Counted from the stretch's first letter, positions 12,078 through 25,147 are shown. The stretch is 27,379 bases of DNA from Azolla caroliniana (GCA_043228905.1 JBHGNT010000412.1:1-27379); one strand, 5' to 3'. The notes: a model not told the origin generated them from the letters alone. Numbers and translations are program-made.

Positions 12078-15000
12078 ACACAAAAATCCGATATCACACG
12101 AGCCAGGTATGGACATTTTCATTTACCTACTAGCTCTACTCAACTCACTACTCATGTTTGTTAATTTCGTCATGTCTCTTGACCTGAGTCTCAAAATCTT
12201 GATTTTTTAATTCCATATCATAGCTAGCGTTGTTAGCTTCGATTCGCATGTTTGAACACAAAAATCCGATATCCCACGAGCCAGGTATGGAAATTTTCAT
12301 TTACCTACTACCTCTACTCAACTCACTACTCATGTTTGTTAATTTCGTCATGTCTCTCGACCTGAGTTTCAAAATCTTGATTTTTTAATTCCATATCATA
12401 GCTAGCGTTGTTAGCTTCGATACGCATGTTTGAACACAAAAATCCGATATCACACGAGCCAGGTATGAAAATGTTCATTTACTCAAGGGCTCCTCTCAAC
12501 TCACTACTCATGTTTGTTAATTTCGTCATGTCTCTCGACCTGAGTCTCAAAATTTTGAATTTTTAAGTCCATTTTCTAGCTAGCGTGGTTAGCTTCGATT
12601 CGCATGTTTGAACACAAAAATCCGATATCACACGAGCCAGGTATGAACATTTTAATTTACCTACTAGCTCTTCTCAACTCACCCCACAAATTTGGTAATT
12701 TCGTCATGTCTCTCGACCTGAGTTTCAAAATCTTGATTTTTTAATTCCATATCATAGCTAGCGTTGTTAGCTTCGATTCGCATGTTTAAACACAAAAATC
12801 CGATATCACACGAGCCAGGTATGGACATTTTCATTTACCTACTAGCTCGTCTCAACTCACTCCTCAAATTTGTTAATTTCGTCATGTCTCTCGACCTGAG
12901 TTTCAGAATCTGGATTTTTTAATTTCATATCATAGCTAGCGTTGTTAGCTTCGATTGGCATGTTTGAACACAAAAATCCGATATCACACGAGCCAGGTAT
13001 GAACATTTTCATTTACTCAAGGGCTCCTCTCAACTCACTACTCATGTTTGTTAATTTCGTCATGTCTCTCGACCTGAGTTTCAAAATCTTGATTTTTTAA
13101 TTCCATATCATAGCTAGCGTTGTTAGCTTCGATTGACATGTTTGAACACAAAAATCCGATATCACACCAGCCAGGTATGAACATTTTCATTTACTCAAGG
13201 GCTCCTCTGAACTCACTCCTCAAATTTGGTGATTTCGTCATGTCTCTCGACCTCAGTCTCAAAATTTTGAATTTTTATGTCCATCTTATAGCTAACGTTG
13301 TTAGATTCGATTGGCATGTTTGAACACAAAAATCCGATATCACACGAGCCAGGTATGAACATTTTAATTTACTCAAGGGCTCCTCTCAACTCACTCCTCA
13401 AATTTGGTAATTTCGTCATGTATCTCGACCTGAGTTTCAAAATCTTGATTTTTTAATTCCATATCATAGCTAGCGTTGTTAGCTTCGATTCGCATGTTTG
13501 AACACAAAAATCCGATATCACAGGAGCCAGGTATGGACATTTTCATTTACCTACTAGCTCTTGTCAACTCACTACTCATGTTTGTTAATTTCGTCATGTC
13601 TCTCGACCTGAGTTTCAAAATCTTGATTTTTTAATTCCATATCATAGCTAGCGTTGTTAGCTTCGATTCGCATGTTTAAACACAAAAATCCGATATCACA
13701 CGAGCCAGGTATGAAAATGTTCATTTACTCAAGGGCTCCTCTCAACTCACTACTCATGTTTGTTAATTTCGTCATGTCTCTCGACCTGAGTCTCAAAATT
13801 TTGAATTTTTAAGTCCATCTTATAGCTAGCGTTGTTAGCTTCGATTCGCATGTTTGAACACAAAAATCCGATATCACACGAGCCAGGTATGAACATTTTA
13901 ATTTACCTACTAGCTCTTCTCAACTCACCCCTCAAATTTGGTAATTTCGTCATGTCTTTCGACCTGAGTTTCAAAATCTTGATTTTTTAATTCCATATCA
14001 TAGCTAGCGTTGTTAGCTTCGATTCGCATGTTTAAACACAAAAATCCGATATCACACGAGCCAGGTATGGACATTTTCATTTACCTACTAGCTCTACTCA
14101 ACTCACTACTCATGTTTGTTAATTTCGTCATGTCTCTTGACCTGAGTCTCAAAATCTTGATTTTTTAATTCCATATCATAGCTAGCGTTGTTAGCTTCGA
14201 TTCGCATGTTTGAACACAAAAATCCGATATCCCACGAGCCAGGTATGGAAATTTTCATTTACCTACTACCTCTACTCAACTCACTACTCATGTTTGTTAA
14301 TTTCGTCATGTCTCTCGACCTGAGTTTCAAAATCTTGATTTTTTAATTCCATATCATAGCTAGCGTTGTTAGCTTCGATACGCATGTTTGAACACAAAAA
14401 TCCGATATCACACGAGCCAGGTATGAAAATGTTCATTTACTCAAGGGCTCCTCTCAACTCACTACTCATGTTTGTTAATTTCGTCATGTCTCTCGACCTG
14501 AGTCTCAAAATTTTGAATTTTTAAGTCCATTTTCTAGCTAGCGTGGTTAGCTTCGATTCGCATGTTTGAACACAAAAATCCGATATCACACGAGCCAGGT
14601 ATGAACATTTTAATTTACCTACTAGCTCTTCTCAACTCACCCCACAAATTTGGTAATTTCGTCATGTCTCTCGACCTGAGTTTCAAAATCTTGATTTTTT
14701 AATTCCATATCATAGCTAGCGTTGTTAGCTTCGATTCGCATGTTTAAACACAAAAATCCGATATCACACGAGCCAGGTATGGACATTTTCATTTACCTAC
14801 TAGCTCGTCTCAACTCACTCCTCAAATTTGTTAATTTCGTCATGTCTCTCGACCTGAGTTTCAGAATCTGGATTTTTTAATTTCATATCATAGCTAGCGT
14901 TGTTAGCTTCGATTGGCATGTTTGAACACAAAAATCCGATATCACACGAGCCAGGTATGAACATTTTCATTTACTCAAGGGCTCCTCTCAACTCACTACT

Positions 15001-15980
15001 CATGTTTGTTAATTTCGTCATGTCTCTCGACCTGAGTTTCAAAATCTTGATTTTTTAATTCCATATCATAGCTAGCGTTGTTAGCTTCGATTGACATGTT
15101 TGAACACAAAAATCCGATATCACACCAGCCAGGTATGAACATTTTCATTTACTCAAGGGCTCCTCTGAACTCACTCCTCAAATTTGGTGATTTCGTCATG
15201 TCTCTCGACCTCAGTCTCAAAATTTTGAATTTTTATGTCCATCTTATAGCTAACGTTGTTAGATTCGATTGGCATGTTTGAACACAAAAATCCGATATCA
15301 CACGAGCCAGGTATGAACATTTTAATTTACTCAAGGGCTCCTCTCAACTCACTCCTCAAATTTGGTAATTTCGTCATGTATCTCGACCTGAGTTTCAAAA
15401 TCTTGATTTTTTAATTCCATATCATAGCTAGCGTTGTTAGCTTCGATTCGCATGTTTGAACACAAAAATCCGATATCACAGGAGCCAGGTATGGACATTT
15501 TCATTTACCTACTAGCTCTTGTCAACTCACTACTCATGTTTGTTAATTTCGTCATGTCTCTCGACCTGAGTTTCAAAATCTTGATTTTTTAATTCCATAT
15601 CATAGCTAGCGTTGTTAGCTTCGATTCGCATGTTTAAACACAAAAATCCGATATCACACGAGCCAGGTATGAAAATGTTCATTTACTCAAGGGCTCCTCT
15701 CAACTCACTACTCATGTTTGTTAATTTCGTCATGTCTCTCGACCTGAGTCTCAAAATTTTGAATTTTTAAGTCCATCTTATAGCTAGCGTTGTTAGCTTC
15801 GATTTGCATGTTTGAACACAAAAATCCGATATCACACGAGCCAGGTATGAACATTTTAATTTACCTACTAGCTCTTCTCAACTCACCCCTCAAATTTGGT
15901 AATTTCGTCATGTCTTTCGACCTGAGTTTCAAAATCTTGATTTTTTAATTCCATATCATAGCTAGCGTTGTTAGCTTCGA
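12078..15980. repeat. Near-perfect tandem duplication of an 11-monomer (1958-bp) unit
   Basis: The identical ORF translations at 13120 and 15078 are 1958 bp (11x178) apart. Private variants recur at +1958: ATCCCACG..GGAAATTT..CTACCTCTAC, GATACGC, AGCGTGGTT, CACCAGCC, GCTAACGTTGTTAGA, CACAGGAG, GTCTTTCG. Confidence 0.92.
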
Positions 15981-16497
15981 ATCGCATGTTTGAACACAAA
16001 AATCCGATATCACACGAGCCAGGTATGAACATTTTCATTTACTCAAGGGCTCCTCTCAACTCACTACTCATGTTTGTTAATTTCGTCATGTCTCTCGACC
16101 TGAGTTTCAAAATCTTGATTTTTTAATTCCATATCATAGCTAGCGTTGTTAGCTTCGAATCGCATGTTTGAACACAAAAATCCGATATCACACGAGCCAG
16201 GTATGGACATTTTCATTTACCTACTAGCTCTTCTCAACTCACTACTCATGTTTGTTAATTTCGTCATGTCTCTTGACCTGAGTCTCAAAATCTTGATTTT
16301 TTAATTCCATATCATAGCTAGCGTTGTTAGCTTCGATTCGCATGTTTGAAAACAAAAATCCGATATCCCACGAGCCAGGTATGGAAATTTTCATTTACCT
16401 ACTAGCTCTACTCAACTCACTACTCATGTTTGTTAATTTCGTCATGTCTCTCGACCTGAGTTTCAAAATCTTGATTTTTTAATTCCATATCATAGCT

Positions 16498-16586
16498 AGC
16501 GTTGTTAGCTTCGATACGCATGTTCGATACGCATGTCTCTCGACCTCAGTCTCAAAATTTTGAATTTTTAAGTCCATCTTATAGCT
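16498..16586. repeat. 89-bp rearranged monomer, copy 1
   Basis: AGCGTTGTTAGC-TTCGATACGCATG-TTCGATACGCATG-TCTCTCGACC...; the next monomer starts at 16587. Confidence 0.93.
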
Positions 16587-18366
16587 AGCGTTGTTAGCTT
16601 CGATTCGCATGTTTGAACACAAAAATCCGATATCACACGAGCCAGGTATGAAAATGTTCATTTACTCAAGGGCTCCTCTCAACTCACTACTCATGTTTGT
16701 TAATTTCGTCATGTCTCTCGACCTGAGTCTCAAAATTTTGAATTTTTAAGTCCATTTTATAGCTAGCGTGGTTAGCTTCGATTCGCATGTTTGAACACAA
16801 AAATCCGATATCACACGAGCCAGGTATGAACATTTTAATTTACCTACTAGCTCTTCTCAACTCACCCCACAAATTTGGTAATTTCGTCATGTCTCTCGAC
16901 CTGAGTTTCAAAATCTTGATTTTTTAATTCCATATCATAGCTAGCGTTGTTAGCTTCGATTCGCATGTTTAAACACAAAAATCCGATATCACACGAGCCA
17001 GGTATGGACATTTTCATTTACCTACTAGCTCGTCTCAACTCACTCCTCAAATTTGTTAATTTCGTCATGTCTCTCGACCTGAGTTTCAGAATCTGGATTT
17101 TTTAATTTCATATCATAGCTAGCGTTGTTAGCTTCGATTGGCATGTTTGAACACAAAAATCCGATATCACACGAGCCAGGTATGAACATTTTCATTTACT
17201 CAAGGGCTCCTCTCAACTCACTACTCATGTTTGTTAATTTCGTCATGTCTCTCGACCTGAGTTTCAAAATCTTGATTTTTTAATTCCATATCATAGCTAG
17301 CGTTGTTAGCTTCGATTCGCATGTTTGAACACAAAAATCCGATATCACAGGAGCCAGGTATGGACATTTTCATTTACCTACTAGCTCTTGTCAACTCACT
17401 ACTCATGTTTGTTAATTTCGTCATGTCTCTCGACCTGAGTTTCAAAATCTTGATTTTTTAATTCCATATCATAGCTAGCGTTGTTAGCTTCGATTCGCAT
17501 GTTTAAACACAAAAATCCGATATCACACGAGCCAGGTATGGACATTTTCATTTACCTACTAGCTCTTCTCAACTCACTCCTCAAATTTGTTAATTTCGTC
17601 ATGTCTCTCGACCTGAGTTTCAAAATCTAGATTTTTTAATTCCATATCATAGTTAGCGTTGTTAGCTTCGATTCGCATGTTTGAACACAAAAATCCGATA
17701 TCACACGAGCCAGGTATGAACATTTTCATTTACTCAAGGGCTCCTCTCAACTCACTCCTCAAATTTGGTAATTTCGTCATGTATCTCGACCTGAGTTTCA
17801 AAATCTTGATTTTTTAATTCCATATCATAGCTAGCGTTGTTAGCTTCGATTGGCATGTTTGAACACAAAAATCCGATATCACACGAGCCAGGTATGAACA
17901 TTTTCATTTACTCAAGGGCTCCTCTGAACTCACTCCTCAAATTTGGTAATTTCGTCATGTCTCTCGACCTGAGTCTCAAAATTTTGAATTTTTAAGTCCA
18001 TCTTATAGCTAGCGTTGTTAGCTTCGATTCGCATGTTTGAACACAAAAATCCGATATCACACGAGCCAGGTATGAACATTTTCATTTACTCAAGGGCTCC
18101 TCTCAACTCACTACTCATGTTTGTTAATTTCGTCATGTCTCTCGACCTGAGTTTCAAAATCTTGATTTTTTAATTCCATATCATAGCTAGCGTTGTTAGC
18201 TTCGATTCGCATGTTTAAACACAAAAATCGGATATCACACGAGCCAGGTATGAACATTTTCATTTACCTACTAGCTCGTCTCAACTCACTACTCATGTTT
18301 GTTAATTTCGTCATGTCTCTCGACCTGAGTTTCAAAATCTTGATTTTTTAATTCCATATCATAGCT

Positions 18367-18455
18367 AGCGTTGTTAGCTTCGATACGCATGTTCGATACG
18401 CATGTCTCTCGACCTCAGTCTCAAAATTTTGAATTTTTAAGTCCATCTTATAGCT
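18367..18455. repeat. 89-bp rearranged monomer, copy 2
   Basis: Same sequence as 16498-16586; the next monomer starts at 18456. Confidence 0.93.
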
Positions 18456-20057
18456 AGCGTTGTTAGCTTCGATTCGCATGTTTGAACACAAAAATCCGAT
18501 ATCACACGAGCCAGGTATGAAAATGTTCATTTACTCAAGGGCTCCTCTCAACTCACTACTCATGTTTGTTAATTTCGTCATGTCTCTCGACCTGAGTCTC
18601 AAAATTTTGAATTTTTAAGTCCATTTTATAGCTAGCGTGGTTAGCTTCGATTCGCATGTTTGAACACAAAAATCCGATATCACACGAGCCAGGTATGAAC
18701 ATTTTAATTTACCTACTAGCTCTTCTCAACTCACCCCACAAATTTGGTAATTTCGTCATGTCTCTCGACCTGAGTTTCAAAATCTTGATTTTTTAATTCC
18801 ATATCATAGCTAGCGTTGTTAGCTTCGATTCGCATGTTTAAACACAAAAATCCGATATCACACGAGCCAGGTATGGACATTTTCATTTACCTACTAGCTC
18901 GTCTCAACTCACTCCTCAAATTTGTTAATTTCGTCATGTCTCTCGACCTGAGTTTCAGAATCTGGATTTTTTAATTTCATATCATAGCTAGCGTTGTTAG
19001 CTTCGATTGGCATGTTTGAACACAAAAATCCGATATCACACGAGCCAGGTATGAACATTTTCATTTACTCAAGGGCTCCTCTCAACTCACTACTCATGTT
19101 TGTTAATTTCGTCATGTCTCTCGACCTGAGTTTCAAAATCTTGATTTTTTAATTCCATATCATAGCTAGCGTTGTTAGCTTCGATTCGCATGTTTGAACA
19201 CAAAAATCCGATATCACAGGAGCCAGGTATGGACATTTTCATTTACCTACTAGCTCTTGTCAACTCACTACTCATGTTTGTTAATTTCGTCATGTCTCTC
19301 GACCTGAGTTTCAAAATCTTGATTTTTTAATTCCATATCATAGCTAGCGTTGTTAGCTTCGATTCGCATGTTTAAACACAAAAATCCGATATCACACGAG
19401 CCAGGTATGGACATTTTCATTTACCTACTAGCTCTTCTCAACTCACTCCTCAAATTTGTTAATTTCGTCATGTCTCTCGACCTGAGTTTCAAAATCTAGA
19501 TTTTTTAATTCCATATCATAGTTAGCGTTGTTAGCTTCGATTCGCATGTTTGAACACAAAAATCCGATATCACACGAGCCAGGTATGAACATTTTCATTT
19601 ACTCAAGGGCTCCTCTCAACTCACTCCTCAAATTTGGTAATTTCGTCATGTATCTCGACCTGAGTTTCAAAATCTTGATTTTTTAATTCCATATCATAGC
19701 TAGCGTTGTTAGCTTCGATTGGCATGTTTGAACACAAAAATCCGATATCACACGAGCCAGGTATGAACATTTTCATTTACTCAAGGGCTCCTCTGAACTC
19801 ACTCCTCAAATTTGGTAATTTCGTCATGTCTCTCGACCTGAGTCTCAAAATTTTGAATTTTTAAGTCCATCTTATAGCTAGCGTTGTTAGCTTCGATTCG
19901 CATGTTTGAACACAAAAATCCGATATCACACGAGCCAGGTATGAACATTTTCATTTACTCAAGGGCTCCTCTCAACTCACTACTCATGTTTGTTAATTTC
20001 GTCATGTCTCTCGACCTGAGTTTCAAAATCTTGATTTTTTAATTCCATATCATAGCT

Positions 20058-20228
20058 AGCGTTGTTAGCTTCGATTCGCATGTTTAAACACAAAAATCAC
20101 ACGAGCCAGGTATGAACATTTTAATTTACCTACTAGCTCTTCTCAACTCACCCCTCAAATTTGGTAATTTCGTCATGTCTCTCAACCTGAGTCTCAAAAA
20201 TTTGAATTTTTAAGTCCATTTTATAGCT
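20058..20228. repeat. 171-bp monomer (7-bp deletion between ATC direct repeats)
   Basis: AAAAATCACACG instead of AAAAATCCGATATCACACG at about 20092-20103; the next monomer starts at 20229. Confidence 0.92.
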
Positions 20229-22437
20229 AGCGTTGTTAGCTTCGATTCGCATGTTTGAACACAAAAATCCGATATCACACGAGCCAGGTATGAACATTTT
20301 TATTTACTCAAGGGCTCCTCTCAACTCACCCCTCAAATTTGGTAATTTCGTCATGTCTCTCAACCTGAGTCTCAAAATTTTGAATTTTTAAGTCCATTTT
20401 ATAGCTAGCGTTGTTAGCTTCGATTCGCATGTTTGAACACAAAAATCCGATATCACACGAGCCAGGTATGAACATTTTAATTTACCTACTAGCTCTTCTC
20501 AACTCACCCCTAAAATTTGGTAATTTCGTCATGTCTCTCGACCTGAGTTTCAAAATCTTGATTTCTTAATTCCATATCATAGCTAGCGTTGTTAGCTTCG
20601 ATTCGCATGTTTAAACACAAAAATGCGATATCACACGAGCCAGGTATGGACATTTTCATTTACTCAAGGGCTCCTCTGAACTCACTCCTCAAATTTGGTA
20701 ATTTCGTCATGTCTCTCGACCTGAGTCTCAAAATTTTGAATTTTTAAGTCCATCTTATAGCTATCGTTGTTAGCTTCGATTCGCATGTTTGAACACAAAA
20801 ATCCGATATCACACGAGCCAGGTATGAACATTTTAATTTACCTACTAGCTCTTCTCAACTCACTACTCATGTTTGTTAATTTCGTCATGTCTCTCGACCT
20901 GAGTTTCAAAATCTTGATTTTTTAATTCCATATCATACCTAGCGTTGTTGGCTTCGAATCGCATGTTTGAACACAAAAATCCGATATCACACGAGCCAGG
21001 TATGAACATTTTAATTTACCTACTAGCTCTTCTCAACTCACCCCTCAAATTTGGTAATTTCGTCATGTCTCTCAACGTGAGTCTCAAAATTTTGAATTTT
21101 TAAGTCCATTTTATAGCTAGCGTTGTTAGCTTCGATTCGCATGTTTGAACACAAAAATCCGATATCACACGAGCCAGGTATGAACATTTTTAATTACTTA
21201 AGGGTTCCTCTCAACTCACGCCTCAAATTTGTTAATTTCGTCATGTCTCTCGACCTGAGTTTCAAAATCTGGATTTTTTAATTCCATATCATAGCTAGCG
21301 TTGTTAGCTTCGAATCGCATGTTTGAACACAAAAATCCGATATCACACGAGCCAGGTATGGACATTTTCATTTACTCAAGGGCTCCTCTCAACTCACTAC
21401 TCATGTTTGTTAATTTCGTCATGTCTCTCGACCTGAGTTTCAAAATCTTGATTTTTTAATTCCATATCATAGCTAGCGTTGTTAGCTTCGATTCGCATGT
21501 TTGAACACAAAAATCCGATATCACACGAGCCAGGGATGAACATTTTAATTTACCTACTAGCTCTTCTCAACTCACCCCACAAATTTGGTAATTTCGTCAT
21601 GTCTCTCGAACTGAGTTTCAAAATCTTGATTTTTTAATTCCATATCATAGCTAGCGTTGTTAGCTTCGATTGGCATGTTTGAACACAAAAATCCGATATC
21701 ACACGAGCCAGGTATGAACATTTTCATTTACTCAAGGGCTCCTCTCAACTCACTCCTCAAATTTGGTAATTTCGTCATGTATCTCGACCTGAGTTTCAAA
21801 ATCTTGATTTTTTAATTCCATATCATAGCTAGCGTTGTTAGCTTCGATTGGCATGTTTGAACACAAAAATCCGATATCACACGAGCCAGGTATGAACATT
21901 TTCATTTACTCAAGGGCTCCTCTGAACTCACTCCTCAAATTTGGTAATTTCGTCATGTCTCTCGACCTGAGTCTCAAAATTTTGAATTTTTAAGTCCATC
22001 TTATAGCTAGTGTTGTTAGCTTCGATTCGCATGTTTGAACACAAAAATCCGATATCACACGAGCCAGGTATGAAAATGTTCATTTACTCAAGGGCTCCTC
22101 TCAACTAACTACTCATGTATGTTAATTTCGTCATGTCTCTCGACCTGAGTTTCAAAATCTTGATTTTTTAATTCCATATCATAGCTAGCGTTGTTAGCTT
22201 CGATTCGCATGTTTAAACACAAAAATCCGATATCACACGAGCCAGGTATGGACATTTTCATTTACCTACTAGCTCGTCTCAACTCACTCCTCAAATTTGT
22301 TAATTTCGTCATGTCTCTCGACCTGAGTTTCAGAATCTGGATTTTTTAATTTCATATCATAGCTAGCGTTGTTAGCTTCGATTGGCATGTTTGAACACAA
22401 AAATCCGATATCACACGAGCCAGGTATGAACATTTTA

Positions 22438-25147
22438 ATTTACTCAAGGGCTCCTCTCAACTCACTCCTCAAATTTGGTAATTTCGTCATGTATCTCGAC
22501 CTGAGTTTCAAAATCTTGATTTTTTAATTCCATATCATAGCTAGCGTTGTTAGCTTCGATTCGCATGTTTGAACACAAAAATCCGATATCATAGGAGCCA
22601 GGTATGGACATTTTCATTTACCTACTAGCTCTTCTCAACTCACTACTCATGTTTGTTAATTTCGTCATGTCTCTCGACCTGAGTCTCAAAATTTTGAATT
22701 TTTAAGTCCATCTTATAGCTAGCGTTGTTAGCTTCGATTCGCATGTTTGAACACAAAAATCCGATATCACACGAGCCAGGTATGAAAATGTTCATTTACT
22801 CAAGGGCTCCTCTCAACTCACTACCCATGTTTGTTAATTTCGTCATGTCTCTCGACCTGAGTCTCAAAATTTTGAATTTTTAAGTCCATCTTATAGCTAG
22901 CGTTGTTAGCTTCGATTCACATGTTTGAACACAAAAATCCGATATAACACGAGCCAGGTATGAACATTTTAATTTACCTACTAGCTCTTCTCAACTCACC
23001 CCTCAAATTTGGTAATTTCGTCATGTCTCTCGACCTGAGTTTCAAAATCTTGATTTTTTAATTCCATATCATAGCTAGCGTTGTTAGCTTCGATTCGCAT
23101 GTTTAAACACAAAAATCCGATATCAGACGAGCCAGGTATGAAAATGTTCATTTACTCAAGGGCTCCTCTCAACTCACTACTCATGTTTGTTAATTTCGTC
23201 ATGTCTCTCGACCTGAGTCTCAAAATTTTGATTTTTTAATTCCATATCATAGCTAGCGTTGTTAGCTTCGAATCGCATGTTTGAACACAAAAATCCGATA
23301 TCACACGAGCCAGGTATGAACATTTTCATTTACTCAAGGGCTCCTCTCAACTCACTACTCATGTTTGTTAATTTCGTCATGTCTCTCGACCTGAGTTTCA
23401 AAATCTTGATTTTTTAATTCCATATCATAGCTAGCGTTGTTAGCTTCGATTCGCATGTTTAAACACAAAAATCCGATATCACACGAGCCAGGTATGGACA
23501 TTTTCATTTACCTAGTAGCTTTTCTCAACTCACTACTCATGTTTGTTAATTTCGTCATGTCTTTCGACCTGAGTTTCAAAATCTTGATTTTTTAATTCCA
23601 TATCATAGCTAGCGTTGTTAGCTTCGAATCGCATGTTTGAACACAAAAATCCGATATCACACGAGCCAGGTATGAACATTTTCATTTACTCGAGGGCTCC
23701 TCTCAACTCACTACTCATGTTTGTTAATTTCGTCATGTCTCTCGACCTGAGTTTCAAAATCTGGATTTTTTAATTCCATATCATAGCTAGCGTTGTTAGC
23801 TTCGAATCGCATGTTTGAACACAAAAATCCGATATCACACGAGCCAGGTATGAACATTTTCATTTACTCAAGGGCTCCTCTCAACTCACTCCTCAAATTT
23901 GGTAATTTCGTCATGTATCTCGACCTGAGTTTCAAAATCTTGATTTTTTAATTCCATATCATAGCTAGCGTTGTTAGCTTCGATTCGCATGTTTGAACAC
24001 AAAAATCCGATATCATAGGAGCCAGGTATGGACATTTTCATTTACCTACTAGCTCTTCTCAACTCACTACTCATGTTTGTTAATTTCGTCATGTCTCTCG
24101 ACCTGAGTCTCAAAATTTTGAATTTTTAAGTCCATCTTATAGCTAGCGTTGTTAGCTTCGATTCGCATGTTTGAACACAAAAATCCGATATCACACGAGC
24201 CAGGTATGAAAATGTTCATTTACTCAAGGGCTCCTCTCAACTCACTACCCATGTTTGTTAATTTCGTCATGTCTCTCGACCTGAGTCTCAAAATTTTGAA
24301 TTTTTAAGTCCATCTTATAGCTAGCGTTGTTAGCTTCGATTCACATGTTTGAACACAAAAATCCGATATAACACGAGCCAGGTATGAACATTTTAATTTA
24401 CCTACTAGCTCTTCTCAACTCACCCCTCAAATTTGGTAATTTCGTCATGTCTCTCGACCTGAGTTTCAAAATCTTGATTTTTTAATTCCATATCATAGCT
24501 AGCGTTGTTAGCTTCGATTCGCATGTTTAAACACAAAAATCCGATATCAGACGAGCCAGGTATGAAAATGTTCATTTACTCAAGGGCTCCTCTCAACTCA
24601 GTACTCATGTTTGTTAATTTCGTCATGTCTCTCGACCTGAGTCTCAAAATTTTGATTTTTTAATTCCATATCATAGCTAGCGTTGTTAGCTTCGAATCGC
24701 ATGTTTGAACACAAAAATCCGATATCACACGAGCCAGGTATGAACATTTTCATTTACTCAAGGGCTCCTCTCAACTCACTACTCATGTTTGTTAATTTCG
24801 TCATGTCTCTCGACCTGAGTTTCAAAATCTTGATTTTTTAATTCCATATCATAGCTAGCGTTGTTAGCTTCGATTCGCATGTTTAAACACAAAAATCCGA
24901 TATCACACGAGCCAGGTATGGACATTTTCATTTACCTAGTAGCTTTTCTCAACTCACTACTCATGTTTGTTAATTTCGTCATGTCTTTCGACCTGAGTTT
25001 CAAAATCTTGATTTTTTAATTCCATATCATAGCTAGCGTTGTTAGCTTCGAATCGCATGTTTGAACACAAAAATCCGATATCACACGAGCCAGGTATGAA
25101 CATTTTCATTTACTCGAGGGCTCCTCTCAACTCACTACTCATGTTTG
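22438..25147. repeat. Duplication with 8-monomer (1424-bp) offset: about 22438-23723 copied at about 23862-25147
   Basis: ATCATAGGAG (22543/23967), CTACCCATG (22721/24145), GATATAACAC (22899/24323), ATCAGACG (23077/24501), AGTAGCTTTTCTC..CTTTCG (23433/24857), CTCGAGGG (23611/25035). Confidence 0.9.

Larger units (their letters stand above)
16411..20100. repeat. Tandem duplication of a 10.5-monomer (1869-bp) unit containing an 89-bp half-length monomer
   Basis: Half monomers start at 16498 and 18367 (offset 1869 = 10x178+89); identical minus-strand ORFs at 16479 and 18348; shared ATAGTTAGCG, GTATCTCG and CAGAATCTGG variants. Confidence 0.92.

Noticed and set aside
5345-15281. Four similar 67-aa plus-strand ORFs (5345, 7422, 13120, 15078) that look like a small gene family
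   Set aside because: Each is about one satellite monomer read from a TTG, open only because a point variant removes the usual TAA in TTTTTTAATT. Their similarity simply reflects the repeat, and there is no gene context.
16479-18530. Two identical 60-aa minus-strand ORFs
   Set aside because: Created by the 89-bp rearranged monomer and duplicated with the 1869-bp HOR; useful only as duplication markers.
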